This document shows positions 36,396-47,313 of a stretch of 64,000 bases of DNA, one piece after another; position 1 is the first letter of the stretch; the number at the start of each line of letters is the position of its first letter. The notes under the pieces are model-generated. The model saw only the letters and a list, made by a program, of their open reading frames with translations, was not told the DNA's origin and searched no databases. The DNA is from Cyanidioschyzon merolae (taxonomy: Eukaryota), in the NCBI GenBank assembly GCA_000091205.1, contig AP006490.2; one strand, written 5' to 3'. The position numbers and the translations under genes were made by a program.

Positions 36396-38573
36396 TCAGG
36401 CAGCAGCTTGAGCGTCACTTTTGCCTTGCATGGCCCGCGTGGAGTCCTTCGGGAGCAACTGCGCCTCCTGCCGATCACACGCTTCTGTTTCATGTGGCAG
36501 GTGCGTCGCAAAGGGGGCCTCGCGAAACTCGCGTCGAGTAAACACATGCCGCCAAACCGTGTTATCCGCTGTCGCTGTCTGCTGGAATCTTTCATGCGGC
36601 AATGAGACGGCTTTCAGGACGGGTACCCGTATTCGATCGTAACCGTCAGCGTTGAAAAACTGGGGCATGGATCGAGATCGCATCTCGAGAACTGCCGCTT
36701 GCGATTGTTTCCGAGCTGCTCCAAGGTCAGCGATGATGCGCTGGGGGTAGGTCGCACCAAGCTGAACGCCTGCACTGGACAAGACCGACTCAGGCGCTTT
36801 CCACGGTGCATGAATATAAGCGTTCGGCAGTTGAGCTAGTTCGGGTAGCCACTTGCGAACGTACGCACCAGTTGGGTCGCTCGACCGGGCGCTGGTCTCT
36901 GGATGAATAACGAAATTCCACATGTCCAGGCCGGTGCGTCCCGCATTCTGCCACATCATCGCGTTGATGGCAATGTCCAAATCGATGAGCGTACGATGGA
37001 ACCATTGCAGGCCGTGTATCCAGTGTATATTGAGGTACTCGACCAGAAACGATGCCGCAGCCATGCGGATATTCTGGGGCATCCAACCCGTTTGCCAAAG
37101 TTGTCGCATTCCGGCATCAATGATGGGGTATCCCGTGGATCCCCGCTGCCAGGCCGCGAGCAGACGCGGATCCTCGTTCCATTCCTGCGAGGCATAATGG
37201 CTCCGAATGGGCGTCGTGACCGCCTCTGGAAACATATAGAGCGTCCAGTACGCCAGGTCTCGCCAGATAAGTCGACGCTCAAATGTCTTGGATCGCTTTG
37301 ATGCCGCCAGTCGTCTAGAGGCCGCTCTCGTAGCGTGGAACACCTCCCGTGCGCTGAGCATACCCAGTGCCAGATACGGTGACAGACGCGATACGACCTC
37401 GAGGTCTGCTCTAGATTTGTTCTTCTCGTACAGGGGTAGTCGGTGTTCCAGAAAATCCCGCAAAAACGCGCGAACGCGTTCCTCGTCGACCGCCCACGAA
37501 CCGAGCAGCACCGTATCCCAGCGTTTTGTACCCGGACGCACCGGGTGCAACCCCGTTTCCACCAACGATGTGACAAACTGGAAGGGCGCGCAGCGTGTTG
37601 TCCTATCGACAAACGCATCTCCAGCAAGCGGAGGCGGCTTCTCACAGCATGCTGGTGTCCGTGGCTCGCAGCGCTCCAGCGCCGCAGCCGGCGGTAGCGT
37701 AGACGGCGCTGCTGCAGGCTCGGGCGGTAGGTCGGCGTTTCGTTGCCAGGCCTGCCAGAAGGGAAGCAGTGTTCCAAAGTGTCCAGCACTCGAGGTTGCA
37801 TCGCCATCGTACGCTACTGTCCAGGGCTCATGTAGGAGGTGCATGTTGTGCGTATACACCTTCCATTTACGCTGTTTTGTGAGCGTGCATTCCAGCTCCA
37901 TGTCGAGCTGGAGTAGAGGAGGCTCATAGCGTCGAGCCATCAGCAGCGTTCGTGCTGACAAAGAGGCTTCAAGGAAATGAAACAATTGCAGGTACTCTTC
38001 GAGGCCTGCGTCATCGCTGAGACGCACGTAGTGAATCACCTGCTGAAAGCGCATGTTTAAGGCTCGATTGAGTGCATCCACGGCGCTGAAGAGGAAAACG
38101 CGTTGTGCTTCACCAAAGCCGTAGTTTTTGTCCGCATCCGCCGATGACCATGTAAACATTATGAAAAGAGGTTCATTGAGCCTCTGCGCTTGCAGCAATA
38201 ACGGATTATCGTGTATTCGCAGGTCCCCGCGTCCTCGGAGCCACACGATGGTAGCTGCTGAGGATGATGATCGCTTCACGGCCGTTTTCTGTGCGTCTAT
38301 TTTTGAGAACAACGTATCAGGTGAATCCGTTGCTCGATTAGAGGACTCAACGGGCCGACGCTTTGCTTTTCGCATGCGTAGAAGAGCGCGATACCGGCTC
38401 GGTGTCCGTCGCCCGTTGTACGATCTCGGGCGAGCGTCAACCAAGTCCCTCTGTGCCGTGAAACCCTGACTGTCACTGCAGTAGCGCTCACCAGGGCACC
38501 AGCCATATGTAGACCTCGGAATCACTTCGCAAAACAGCAACGAGCTGCCGTTCACTGTGACACAATGGTGCAT
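36396..38573 (-). CDS. Cryptochrome/photolyase-family protein (class I CPD photolyase or plant-type cryptochrome-like) with an N-terminal extension
   Basis: The FAD-binding domain TGYPIIDAGMRQLWQTGWMPQNIRMAAASFLVEYLNIHW...YVRKWLPELAQLPNAYIHAPW matches the class-I photolyase / CRY / CRY-DASH consensus. Confidence 0.85.
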   Translation of the reverse strand: MHHCVTVNGSSLLFCEVIPRSTYGWCPGERYCSDSQGFTAQRDLVDARPRSYNGRRTPSRYRALLRMRKAKRRPVESSNRATDSPDTLFSKIDAQKTAVKRSSSSAATIVWLRGRGDLRIHDNPLLLQAQRLNEPLFIMFTWSSADADKNYGFGEAQRVFLFSAVDALNRALNMRFQQVIHYVRLSDDAGLEEYLQLFHFLEASLSARTLLMARRYEPPLLQLDMELECTLTKQRKWKVYTHNMHLLHEPWTVAYDGDATSSAGHFGTLLPFWQAWQRNADLPPEPAAAPSTLPPAAALERCEPRTPACCEKPPPLAGDAFVDRTTRCAPFQFVTSLVETGLHPVRPGTKRWDTVLLGSWAVDEERVRAFLRDFLEHRLPLYEKNKSRADLEVVSRLSPYLALGMLSAREVFHATRAASRRLAASKRSKTFERRLIWRDLAYWTLYMFPEAVTTPIRSHYASQEWNEDPRLLAAWQRGSTGYPIIDAGMRQLWQTGWMPQNIRMAAASFLVEYLNIHWIHGLQWFHRTLIDLDIAINAMMWQNAGRTGLDMWNFVIHPETSARSSDPTGAYVRKWLPELAQLPNAYIHAPWKAPESVLSSAGVQLGATYPQRIIADLGAARKQSQAAVLEMRSRSMPQFFNADGYDRIRVPVLKAVSLPHERFQQTATADNTVWRHVFTRREFREAPFATHLPHETEACDRQEAQLLPKDSTRAMQGKSDAQAAA

Positions 38574-40599
38574 TCAATGCAAACGACAAGGCCGCGGAAG
38601 GTCCTGGACGACACCTTCCGACTCACCGAGACCGTTCACGTAGCGCACTTACTGATCAGTCTAAAGTTCTTCGTGTCCAGCGATGTTGTCCACGGTGATT
38701 GTCTGCACCGTCCTGCCGGCACGCTACGAGCGCGGTGTTGAACACGAAGTCTACTGTTGAAAAATACCGGTTCGTTAACTGATTGGTTTCCGAGCACATC
38801 GCTTGCGGCGACTAGCCTGGTGCAGCAGAACGATTCGTTTCCAGGATGAATTGGGTCGCATCGGGTTCATGTTACTCGATATTGACTTTTATTACCCGGA
38901 AGCATGGCACTTGGAAGGATTTCTCTCGAGTTCAAGAGCGATCCGGAGTTGCCGTTCGTTTCGGTGACGTTGCCCGCCGGTGACGTTCTTCGCTCGTGCA
39001 AGCCCCCGATTCCGACCTGTACCTTAATCATGGTGCAGTAAGCATGAAAGAGGAGGAGGAAATGATCTAGAATGCTCCTGAGATTTGTTCTCACATAGAA
39101 CAGACGACACATATGTTTCCCATAGCGTTGCCAGTCACGCCTTGTGCTGGTTGTCCTCCTTTTCATCGTCTTTGGCGCTTACGGTTGCAAAGTCCAAGCC
39201 GTCCGCATGACTGCACTGCCATTTTTCGGCAAGTTCTTTTTCAGCAGTGTCCCATATGTGTCTAAGTTTTCGACTAGGCAGCACATTTCTTCCTGCGTTG
39301 CGTCTGAAATAGAGTGACCGATGGTTGCACGGCTGCGTTGTACTGATTTGCCCAGTGGAGACGAGAACCACTCATAGCGTCACGCGGCTGTGGCAACCAT
39401 GTGTTCGACGGATCCAAACCATACGGCGGATGGAATGAGTGATATCGTATCCAGGTTTTGAATGCATAAATGTGCTGATGAGCTCGAGCACGTACGCCGT
39501 GCACGAGAAGCGCTGATGATTTCGGAGACTCACATTCATATCGCCAGAAAGATTTGATGCACGATCACGACCCCCTTGTCGCAGAATCGCAAAGCGTACA
39601 TGACTATGTTGATTGCACCAGCACGTAGTTGGAGAACTGGTGCGACTCACTGGCACCAAAGTAGACGCGAGCGGACCGGCTCTTCGACGTATGCTCTGCT
39701 TGTCATGAAAACCGGGGACGGTCACTGAAAACATCGGAGAGCTTCGTTCGAGATATGTCCTCCGATTCGACGAAAGACTTGGGATCAAAATGGTGCCTAT
39801 TAAAGGTCGCTAAAGAAAGCGAACATGTTTGAAACGAAATCTTCTTCTGCTCAAGTATAGCAGAAAACTGTGCATGCGGAAGAACGCGCAATCGACAAGG
39901 TTGCCCGAACTGAAACGTTTTGAAGTTGCATCCATCCAAGTATAGCATAAAACAGTGAATGCTGGGGAATGCCTGATATGCGGACCTGCTACGGAGCACG
40001 CAAGCTTTCATGGGCATTTGTGAGCGATTCGGGGTTTGAGGTTTGCACCCGCCATAGCTGCCGCTTTGTTGCCCTGAAGTGCTCTGTCGCCTGTCGAGAA
40101 GCACTGCGGTAACATTGCTCAGCGCACCGTCTCATATCCAGTGGGCGCGTTCAGAGGCGCTCGCTGTCGAACGCAGCATCTACACATGTGGATTCTTCAT
40201 TGGAGCACTTAACTGCTGCGAGGCTCCTGCCTTTTCGATTTTGCCGAACTGTTCACCAGATGTTCAGCTTCGGAATTCGATTTACAGTATTAAGCAATAA
40301 AGAATTCAGGGTCAAGTTCAGGAATCTCGGTCGTTTCCACGGGGTTGCCCCTTCGACGCTTTGTTGCCGAAACCCAATCCATCATTGTGAGAAAGATGAT
40401 CCAGGACGCCCTCGGGAATGGATTCGTATAATTAGCGATACCGTTATCGATATCAACCAAGAAGCCACCACGCTCCCTTGCTCCACACCAGCCGCATTTC
40501 AAATTACGTATTCAGTAACTTTTCTATTCCTCTGCTTCAAAGCAACTCTTGGGCACAGCAATCTGCATTGATTGCTTGAGGAGAAGAAACGCGCCCGAC

Positions 40600-41268
40600 G
40601 TCACTGGGTGACGGATAATTCACCAACTCATGCGGAGTGTGTACTGCAGTCGTAAGGCCAAAAATAGATTTGGTTCGAAATAGAAATTATGATCTCTTTC
40701 GTGGAGACCGACGGAACGGAATTCCATAGCTCGCCCTTGCGCTTGCGCTTGTGCGTGCAGGGAGCAACATACTCTTTAAGAAGATCACCGAACGCAAGCC
40801 GATGACCCTACGGTGCGACTTTACTCGTGGAAATGGATGAGGATATCGAGAGACGCACTTGGCGCACGTCGAGAGCACGTACGGCACCATGAAGTCAGCT
40901 CTCACGCGCCCCAGTACAGTGCGTGGAAGCGAAAGTGTGCAGGGCGTACGGAAACACCTCAGCAACGATGACTGGCACCGCTGCGGGGGCCGAGCCTCGA
41001 CTACAAGCAAAGGGGATGAAAATGGCGAGCGAAGCAGAGATTGCAATGATTCCCAGTGCTTGAAATGGAGAGACGAGAGTCCTATGGGCAAATTCTGGAG
41101 TTTTAGACTGACGTGAATAGCCATCGACCGCTGACGACGGAGCTGGAGAGTGTGGAGCGACTGGCTCGTTTGAAGCGCTAGCTAAGCGAGGGTATTTAGA
41201 AGCAGGGACAGTGAAGGCCCGCACGGGCTGGTACTCATGCCAACGAGAGAAGCGATGCAGACCTTTAG
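40600..41268 (+). repeat. 669-bp direct repeat, copy 1 (family unknown; possibly a solo-LTR-like or other dispersed element)
   Basis: About 98% identical to 46645-47313 in the same orientation. The shared block runs from gtcactgggtgacggataattcacc to gcgatgcagacctttag. The first 13 nt form a short palindrome, gtcacTGGgtgac. Confidence 0.9.
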
Positions 41269-41363
41269 TATGTACATATGTATCAGATGTATGGACTAGT
41301 TCCACTGGATGCTCAAATAGGTACACGCTGGCACGTGCATTCTCCACCAAAGAGCGACACCCG

Positions 41364-42395
41364 CTACCACACTACAGGCGCGACTGATCGATAATAATCC
41401 GGTGGTAAATATTCCGGCAGTTCCTCGGCTGTAACCCATGCATAATCTACTGCAGCTGGTGCGCGTACCCCAGTAATACAGCCGCTAATCAACTGTGCAC
41501 GATAAAAAAAGATTTTGATCCCGGAAATGCCCTGAGCCTCTTGGAGCGCTGGCGAATAGATATGCTTCAAATGTGCACATGGAGCATTGCCAATAAAATG
41601 AGCCTCAAAATCGTTTTCGTCATCGCCATCGGTTCCGCCAGTCTCGATGAGACTTTGGAGCGCTTTTTCGGCCTCGCCCCGAAAGAAAAAGGTTTTCGAG
41701 CAGCGCGTCTCAGCGCCGCCACTGGTACCTAGCGCTTCGGCGGATGCAGCGGCTGCGTCTGTACCGGCCCGCAGAGGCATCGGGTCATTACTGGATTGCA
41801 TTAGGCGCTCTTCTTCGATGAATCGCTGAGGGAACTGCCACAGTGAACGGCCTGTCGGACCAAGTTTGCGTTGAACGATAAGGAACAGCCACTGGTCCAG
41901 TTTGCGACGCAGGGAACGCCGATCATTGGTACGGTCGGCCTCTGTTTCGCGAGGCGCCGGCACATATTCACTATCGTCGAGCTCAAAAACTTTCGAGTTT
42001 AGAAAGGGGTGCTTGTCTGGGATCGTGTCACCACTTTCGCCGAAGAGTCGCTGCATGACCTCGGGAGAAAGCTCTCGGGCTTGCGCGTTGGCCATCAACA
42101 GCTGAAACTTGAGGAACGCCCGCTCCTCAGGAGTAGGCTCTGGCATGATGATCGGCGTTCGCTCCAAAATAGTAGCGACCGCATAACGATACGGCAGCCG
42201 CTGAGGCTCAGTACTCGGTTTGCTCGCGCCCGCTTTGGAGGCAGAGCCTCTCCGCGGGAAACCGTTCGGCGGCAGCTGGTAGCGTGCTAGCCGCAAGCAA
42301 CGACGCGACGCTGCCAGTGCCTGATTCAGGCAGCTACTGCATAGGTATCTTTTCCACGTATGCAGCAGCGAAGCGGCCATACGCGTAGCGTACAA
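41364..42395 (-). CDS. MRPL46: Mitochondrial ribosomal protein L46 (NUDIX-like fold)
   Basis: EADRTNDRRSLRRKLDQWLFLIV...FIGNAPCAH...KIFFYRAQLISG aligns with human MRPL46 [22 protein letters not shown]...FLGNAPCGH...KVFFFKALLLTG. The first ATG is at 42378-42380. Confidence 0.8.
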   Translation of the reverse strand: MYATRMAASLLHTWKRYLCSSCLNQALAASRRCLRLARYQLPPNGFPRRGSASKAGASKPSTEPQRLPYRYAVATILERTPIIMPEPTPEERAFLKFQLLMANAQARELSPEVMQRLFGESGDTIPDKHPFLNSKVFELDDSEYVPAPRETEADRTNDRRSLRRKLDQWLFLIVQRKLGPTGRSLWQFPQRFIEEERLMQSSNDPMPLRAGTDAAAASAEALGTSGGAETRCSKTFFFRGEAEKALQSLIETGGTDGDDENDFEAHFIGNAPCAHLKHIYSPALQEAQGISGIKIFFYRAQLISGCITGVRAPAAVDYAWVTAEELPEYLPPDYYRSVAPVVW

Positions 42396-43104
42396 CGACG
42401 CTCGTACTGCGCAGGTACTGAATGAGGCGCCTTGTTACGCGTCGACCAGGATCGTAGATGAACAGTATATTTCATATATGTTTCAGGATATACAGTTATG
42501 TACATATAGATACATTTACGAAAAGGGACCACGTGGGCAATGCACCACAGGCGGCCGACGGGGATCTATCCTCAGCAGCGGCGCCTGTGCGCATGAAGCC
42601 GCTGCGCAGGCCTGTCAGAAAGTGCGTCTCTGGCGCATGAATCATTCAAGCACACAGCCGGCGGCTGCGGATAAGGTTCGCGAGTTTCGCCCTGTGCCTG
42701 ATGGGTCATGTTCGAGTCATGTGTCTGCGGTACCAGGTCTTTGTCCCGTGTCGGAGAAGGAGACCGGGATCGATGTTGAGCGATCCACGCAAGACGCATG
42801 CTGCAGATTCGTTCAGACGCTGTTTCACCATCAGAGATGTGTGGGGCATCTCTCCATGCCAATGCACGAGGTAGCCGCAAAACGCTTTGCAACAACGAGC
42901 CCAAGCACGTCGAACCAAAGACAAGGTGTCTCTTATGGTACCTGACGTACTGGATTCCCCAGAGACCGTGATCGTTGCGATGGTGCTGGACAACGCCGCA
43001 CAGCTACGGCTGCGATGCACGTGCCATGCCTGCTCGTCTCTGCGAGACAAGTGGCTTGCAGAGCGCTCAGCGACTCGGATCGGATGCACGACGTGATGCA
43101 TGCC

Positions 43105-43767
43105 TCATTCCCCAGCATCCTCGTTCAATGCCTGATCTTTCACACCCATCAGGATGCAGATGTTTGTCATGGTGAGCAGCATCTCTGCAGTGCCGTGTAG
43201 GTAGTCTACATTTGCCAGCTTCTCGTGATATACCCGCAAAGCAATCACCCCGGCGACGATTGTGCCCAGAACGAAAACTAGCAGGTACGACAAACCGATC
43301 TTGGTGATCGTCGTGAGCGTTCGTTCTCGCGTCCATAGCACGTACAGAAACCCGGCGTACGGGATGATTGAGACCTGAAACAAGAACGTTACCAACTCGT
43401 CTGCACTCGGGAGCCGATCTAGCGACGGCAGCATCGGTACCAGGGCCAACAACGTACTTGAGTGCCGCACGCGCTGGATTCGACGTCCGAGTGATGCACT
43501 CTGCCGGTTGCGAACGCGCGTAGCGGCACCCGTCCCGTGAAGTCTTCCTGCACGCTGCCCTGCTCGTGCAAGGAAACAAGTCCGCAGAAACCGCGGCCGT
43601 GCGTTCGAGACCTGCGGCGTTAACCCCGCATCCTTCGAGGGTATTGCAACTCCAACGTAAAAGAGTTGGGAAAGAGTCCTCATCGCAACGTGCGCTACGC
43701 AGGATTGCCAGGATCCTTGCCGGCGAGTCGACCAGGGCGCAGCCGCAGCAGCAGCGTACGGAAACAA
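43105..43767 (-). CDS. Hypothetical small membrane protein with an Arg/Ser-rich presequence-like N-terminus and 2-3 predicted transmembrane helices
   Basis: The first ATG, at 43681-43683, gives MRTLSQLFYV. The hydrophobic segments are FLFQVSIIPYAGFLYVLW and IGLSYLLVFVLGTIVAGVIAL. It is paired divergently with TMEM120. Confidence 0.4.
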   Translation of the reverse strand: MFPYAAAAAAPWSTRRQGSWQSCVAHVAMRTLSQLFYVGVAIPSKDAGLTPQVSNARPRFLRTCFLARAGQRAGRLHGTGAATRVRNRQSASLGRRIQRVRHSSTLLALVPMLPSLDRLPSADELVTFLFQVSIIPYAGFLYVLWTRERTLTTITKIGLSYLLVFVLGTIVAGVIALRVYHEKLANVDYLHGTAEMLLTMTNICILMGVKDQALNEDAGE

Positions 43768-43956
43768 ACGACTACTTCCGGCCGCGGCAGCAGCAGCAGC
43801 AGCAGCAGCACCAAAGGCAGTAGATCCTTCAGTACACGGGTTCTTTTGCTAGCGCACTGGTTTGCGTCTCTGGTGAGGTGTACCCGTCCGACAAAGTTTT
43901 CCCTCCTGTAACCGTTGGTGAATATTTGTTTTTTGTTGTATAGTGCGCTCGTGTCC
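43684..43956. promoter_or_regulatory. Compact bidirectional promoter region containing a (CAG)8-9 tract
   Basis: About 270 bp separate the head-to-head ATGs at 43683 (-) and 43957 (+). The tract gcagcagcagcagcagcagcagcacc lies at about 43787-43812. Confidence 0.35.
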
Positions 43957-45141
43957 ATGGTTGTAGAGGTTGGTGCTGCTGGAGAGGCATCGCTCGGCAG
44001 GCGACAAGCGCAGGTGCAACAAGACACCAGAGGTGCAAACTCGGAACCAGCGCACGTCGTCTCGGGGGGACGTGCTCAAGACTCGACAGCATCCGTAGCG
44101 CAAGCTTCGGTCCAGGAGGAGAGGACGTCGCCACTGGGCGCAGAATTGAACGAGCTGGAGCGAGCAAACGGTGAACTCGAAAAGACTGTGAACGAATATG
44201 GCTCTTTAATAGAGCGTTACACGAAACTTCAGCAGCAGCTATGCCAGCTGGCAGCAAAGCAACAGAAGCGACTTGTACACTTAGAACGGACCCTTGCCAA
44301 CCAGCGGGAGACGATGCGGCCTCGGAACAACTCGCCGGACTTGCGGCAAGAGACACGCGCTGTGCTCGAACGCTCCCGGAAACTATTACGGGAGCGGGTC
44401 GAGCCGCTTCTCCCCTCTGACGGTGGCTGGTTTGTGCGTCTCTTTCTGGGCACTATCAACGTGCGCTTTATGGATAAGCGAACACGACTCTCATTCAAGC
44501 GCGAGTACGAGCAGTTCAAGCAGCAAACGGCCCCGGCGCTGGTCATTGCTTCTGTGGTCTGTCTGCTGTGGACGTCGTCACGGTGGCCAAGCCTGCTTCT
44601 CCAAATGTTCATCGCCTATTATTACAGCGCTCTAGCTCTGAGAGAAAGTGTTCTAGTCGCGAACGGCTCAAATATTCGACGCTGGTGGCGTCTACATCAT
44701 TACCTGAGTCTGGTACTTGCCGTTGTCGTGCTCACCTGGCCGGATGGGGAAGCGTATGCAGAATTCCGAGGCGAAATCCATTTTCTTGGACTCTACCTGT
44801 CGCTGCTACAGATTTTGCAAGCTCGTTATCAGATGTCGCGATTATATACGCTGCGCTCGCTTGGCAAGGCAGGTGAACTGGACGTGGCAAACACCGACTC
44901 GCCAGCGCAGTTACACTGGGGCGCAAATATGTCGCTATTGCTACCAGCTATTCTGGTAGCGCACGCGCTGCAAGCGTGGACTGCTGTCCGGGCGTTTCAG
45001 GTGTATTTCAAATACCCGCGTGTTGCGCAAGCGCTTCTTGGTGGCACAATCACCCTCATTACGTGTATTGGAAACGTGGTGACGACTTTCCGCACGCTGA
45101 GAGAGAAAGCCGTCTTGTCTGGTCAGCACGCTTCGAGCTAA
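43915..45141 (+). CDS. TMEM120: TMEM120/TMPIT-family membrane protein
   Basis: AYYYSALALRESVLVANGSNIRRWWRLHHYLSLVLAVVVLTWPDG aligns with human TMEM120A [44 protein letters not shown]. An N-terminal coiled coil precedes the transmembrane domain. The first ATG is at about 43957. Confidence 0.85.
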   Translation: MVNICFLLYSALVSMVVEVGAAGEASLGRRQAQVQQDTRGANSEPAHVVSGGRAQDSTASVAQASVQEERTSPLGAELNELERANGELEKTVNEYGSLIERYTKLQQQLCQLAAKQQKRLVHLERTLANQRETMRPRNNSPDLRQETRAVLERSRKLLRERVEPLLPSDGGWFVRLFLGTINVRFMDKRTRLSFKREYEQFKQQTAPALVIASVVCLLWTSSRWPSLLLQMFIAYYYSALALRESVLVANGSNIRRWWRLHHYLSLVLAVVVLTWPDGEAYAEFRGEIHFLGLYLSLLQILQARYQMSRLYTLRSLGKAGELDVANTDSPAQLHWGANMSLLLPAILVAHALQAWTAVRAFQVYFKYPRVAQALLGGTITLITCIGNVVTTFRTLREKAVLSGQHASS

Positions 45142-46644
45142 CGAAGTAGATTGGGGTCTCGCGTACATACTGGGGATTTATTTACGACCTGATGGATGAT
45201 TGAAACCGAAAACAAAACCGGGCACTTTTCGTTGCCAGTGCGTCGCGATCGGCTTGGCGAATGATCTGCCGGGGCGGACGCTTTGCGTCTGCATACGCAT
45301 GTCTTTTATACCATACAGTCTGCGGTTTATGTTTGTGGCGCAGGGAATTGGTCTGCTTGGTATGAAGCATTGGTGAGTTGCGGCTTTCCATGCTTGCAGT
45401 TGTGGAACCCGGTCCTGGATAGGTCCCCAGGCAAGATGATGTCGGTACCAGCGGCGTTCCATCTTCGTCATAGCCTTGCAAAACATCGGAATGAGTATGA
45501 TCGGGTCCTGCGTCTCTGGAGGTACTCTATACTGCATTTAAATTCCACTGTGCATCTCTCGTCGAAGAGCAGCATACACTGGAGGCATTTCGAATGGAGT
45601 TACCGGTGAGCACCGCCATTCCTGGGTATGGCGTATCCTGTTGGCCAGCAACACCGCCCGTGAATGCGAGCAAGCTTATCGGTACAGTCCGTAATGTTTA
45701 GAGTCGATGCTGCCGCTAGATCTTCCTTAGCCTCCACGCATTTCATGGAGATTGGAAAAGCTGATCTCGACATGCAATGTGACGCCTAGGTGCGCACCGC
45801 TGACCGCCATGTGAATACTAGCAGCGCGTAGGTTTCCATCGGAGGTGTCGTTATTCAGTGAGTGTGGTTTCGTAGGTGACCCGCGTCATCCTATGTCAGA
45901 GCGTTGTGATAGAACACGAATCTCTCCCAGTACGGATGGATTCGAGGTATAAGATGGATGCATTTTCAAAGCGGCAACGCTATCGGCTTCTCACTCATTC
46001 GAGTCATTCCTCACTGCCGCGCGATAGAATGCGTATCCAAACGACCGCCGCAGCGACATCGAAATTCTTTACTGTCTCCGGATGACTCCGGCTCTAAGCT
46101 CAAAGCGCAGGAGAGCGATAGGATTCTCGGGCCTTTGTCTCGTAGGATCTTATGGTGCCGTAGCTCGTGGATACCGCACATAACTGACTAGGCGCAGAGG
46201 TAACGAGCCAGCCACTGGTAGCGTATGCGCTTCATGTGGCGTCTTGGCGGATGCTTTGAATGTTCAAATGGGACACTGAACTGCCCAGTCCGTTCTCGCG
46301 TGTTTAAATTTATTCCGAACCTTGCATCAGATCCTCAGCCGTGGGACTCGGAGTGCGGCAAAAAGCAATTGCGTATTCATGAAAAGTCTCTGGATCCGCA
46401 TTCGGAATTTCCATGGGGCAGCTTTGTAGCCTTGTCGCTAGAATTCAGTTCGCCAACGCGAGAACGTTGCATCGTGAACTCTCGAAATGGATTCCAAAAA
46501 TGACAGGCATCACTGTCGAGTTCAAAAATGAGAGACTCAGAGATTTCCAAATAATGCCTTCTGAAGTCGTCAGATGCTTCCATTTCAAGGCAGCACGACA
46601 GCGAAAAATTTACGCCTCTCGATCGACGGGGAATCGTCTACGAG

Positions 46645-47313
46645 GTCACTGGGTGACGGATAATTCACCAACTCATGCGGAGTGTGTACTGCAATCGTAA
46701 GGCCAAAAATAGATTTGGTTCGAAATAGAAATTATGATCTCTCTCGTGGAGATCGACGGAACGGAATTCCATAGCTCGCCCTTGCGCTTGCGCTTGTGCG
46801 TGCAGGGAGCAACATACTCGTTAAGAAGATCACCGAACGCAAGCCGATGACCCTACGGTGCGACTTTACTCGTGGAAACGGATGAGGATATCGAGAGACG
46901 CACTTGGCGCACGTCGAGAGCACGTACGGCACCATGAAGTCAGCTCTCACGCGCCCCAGTACAGTGCGTGGAAGCGAAAGTGTGCAGGGCGTACGGAAAC
47001 ACCTCAGCAACGATGACTGGCACCGCTGCGGGGGCCGAGCCTAGACTACAAGCAAAGATGATGAAAATGGCGAGCGAAGCAGAGATTGCAATGATTCCCA
47101 GTGCTTGAAATGGAGAGACGAGAGTCCTATGGGCAAATTCTGGAGTTTTAGACTGACGTGAATAGCCATCGACCGCTGACGACGGAGCTGGAGAGTGTGG
47201 AGCGACTGGCTCGTTTGAAGCGCTAGCTAAGCGAGGTTAATTAGAAGCAGGGACAGTGAAGGCCCGCACGGGCTGGTACTCATGACAACGAGAGAAGCGA
47301 TGCAGACCTTTAG
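46645..47313 (+). repeat. 669-bp direct repeat, copy 2
   Basis: See copy 1. The two copies differ by a few substitutions and two 1-2 bp indels. Confidence 0.9.

Noticed and set aside
35822-36541. 239-aa ORF overlapping the NPL4 3' end
   Set aside because: It begins inside the conserved NPL4 C-terminus in another frame, so it is a shadow ORF.
40687-41124. 145-aa minus ORF inside repeat copy 1, and its 92-aa counterpart at 46732..47010
   Set aside because: These are repeat-internal ORFs with no family similarity, and one is truncated by a 1-2 bp indel in copy 2. They were kept only as part of the repeat description.
40600-47313. Interpretation of the 669-bp repeat pair as the LTRs of an intact LTR retrotransposon
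   Set aside because: The internal 5.4 kb encodes conserved cellular genes (MRPL46, TMEM120) rather than gag/pol. No TG..CA termini, PBS/PPT or TSD were seen.
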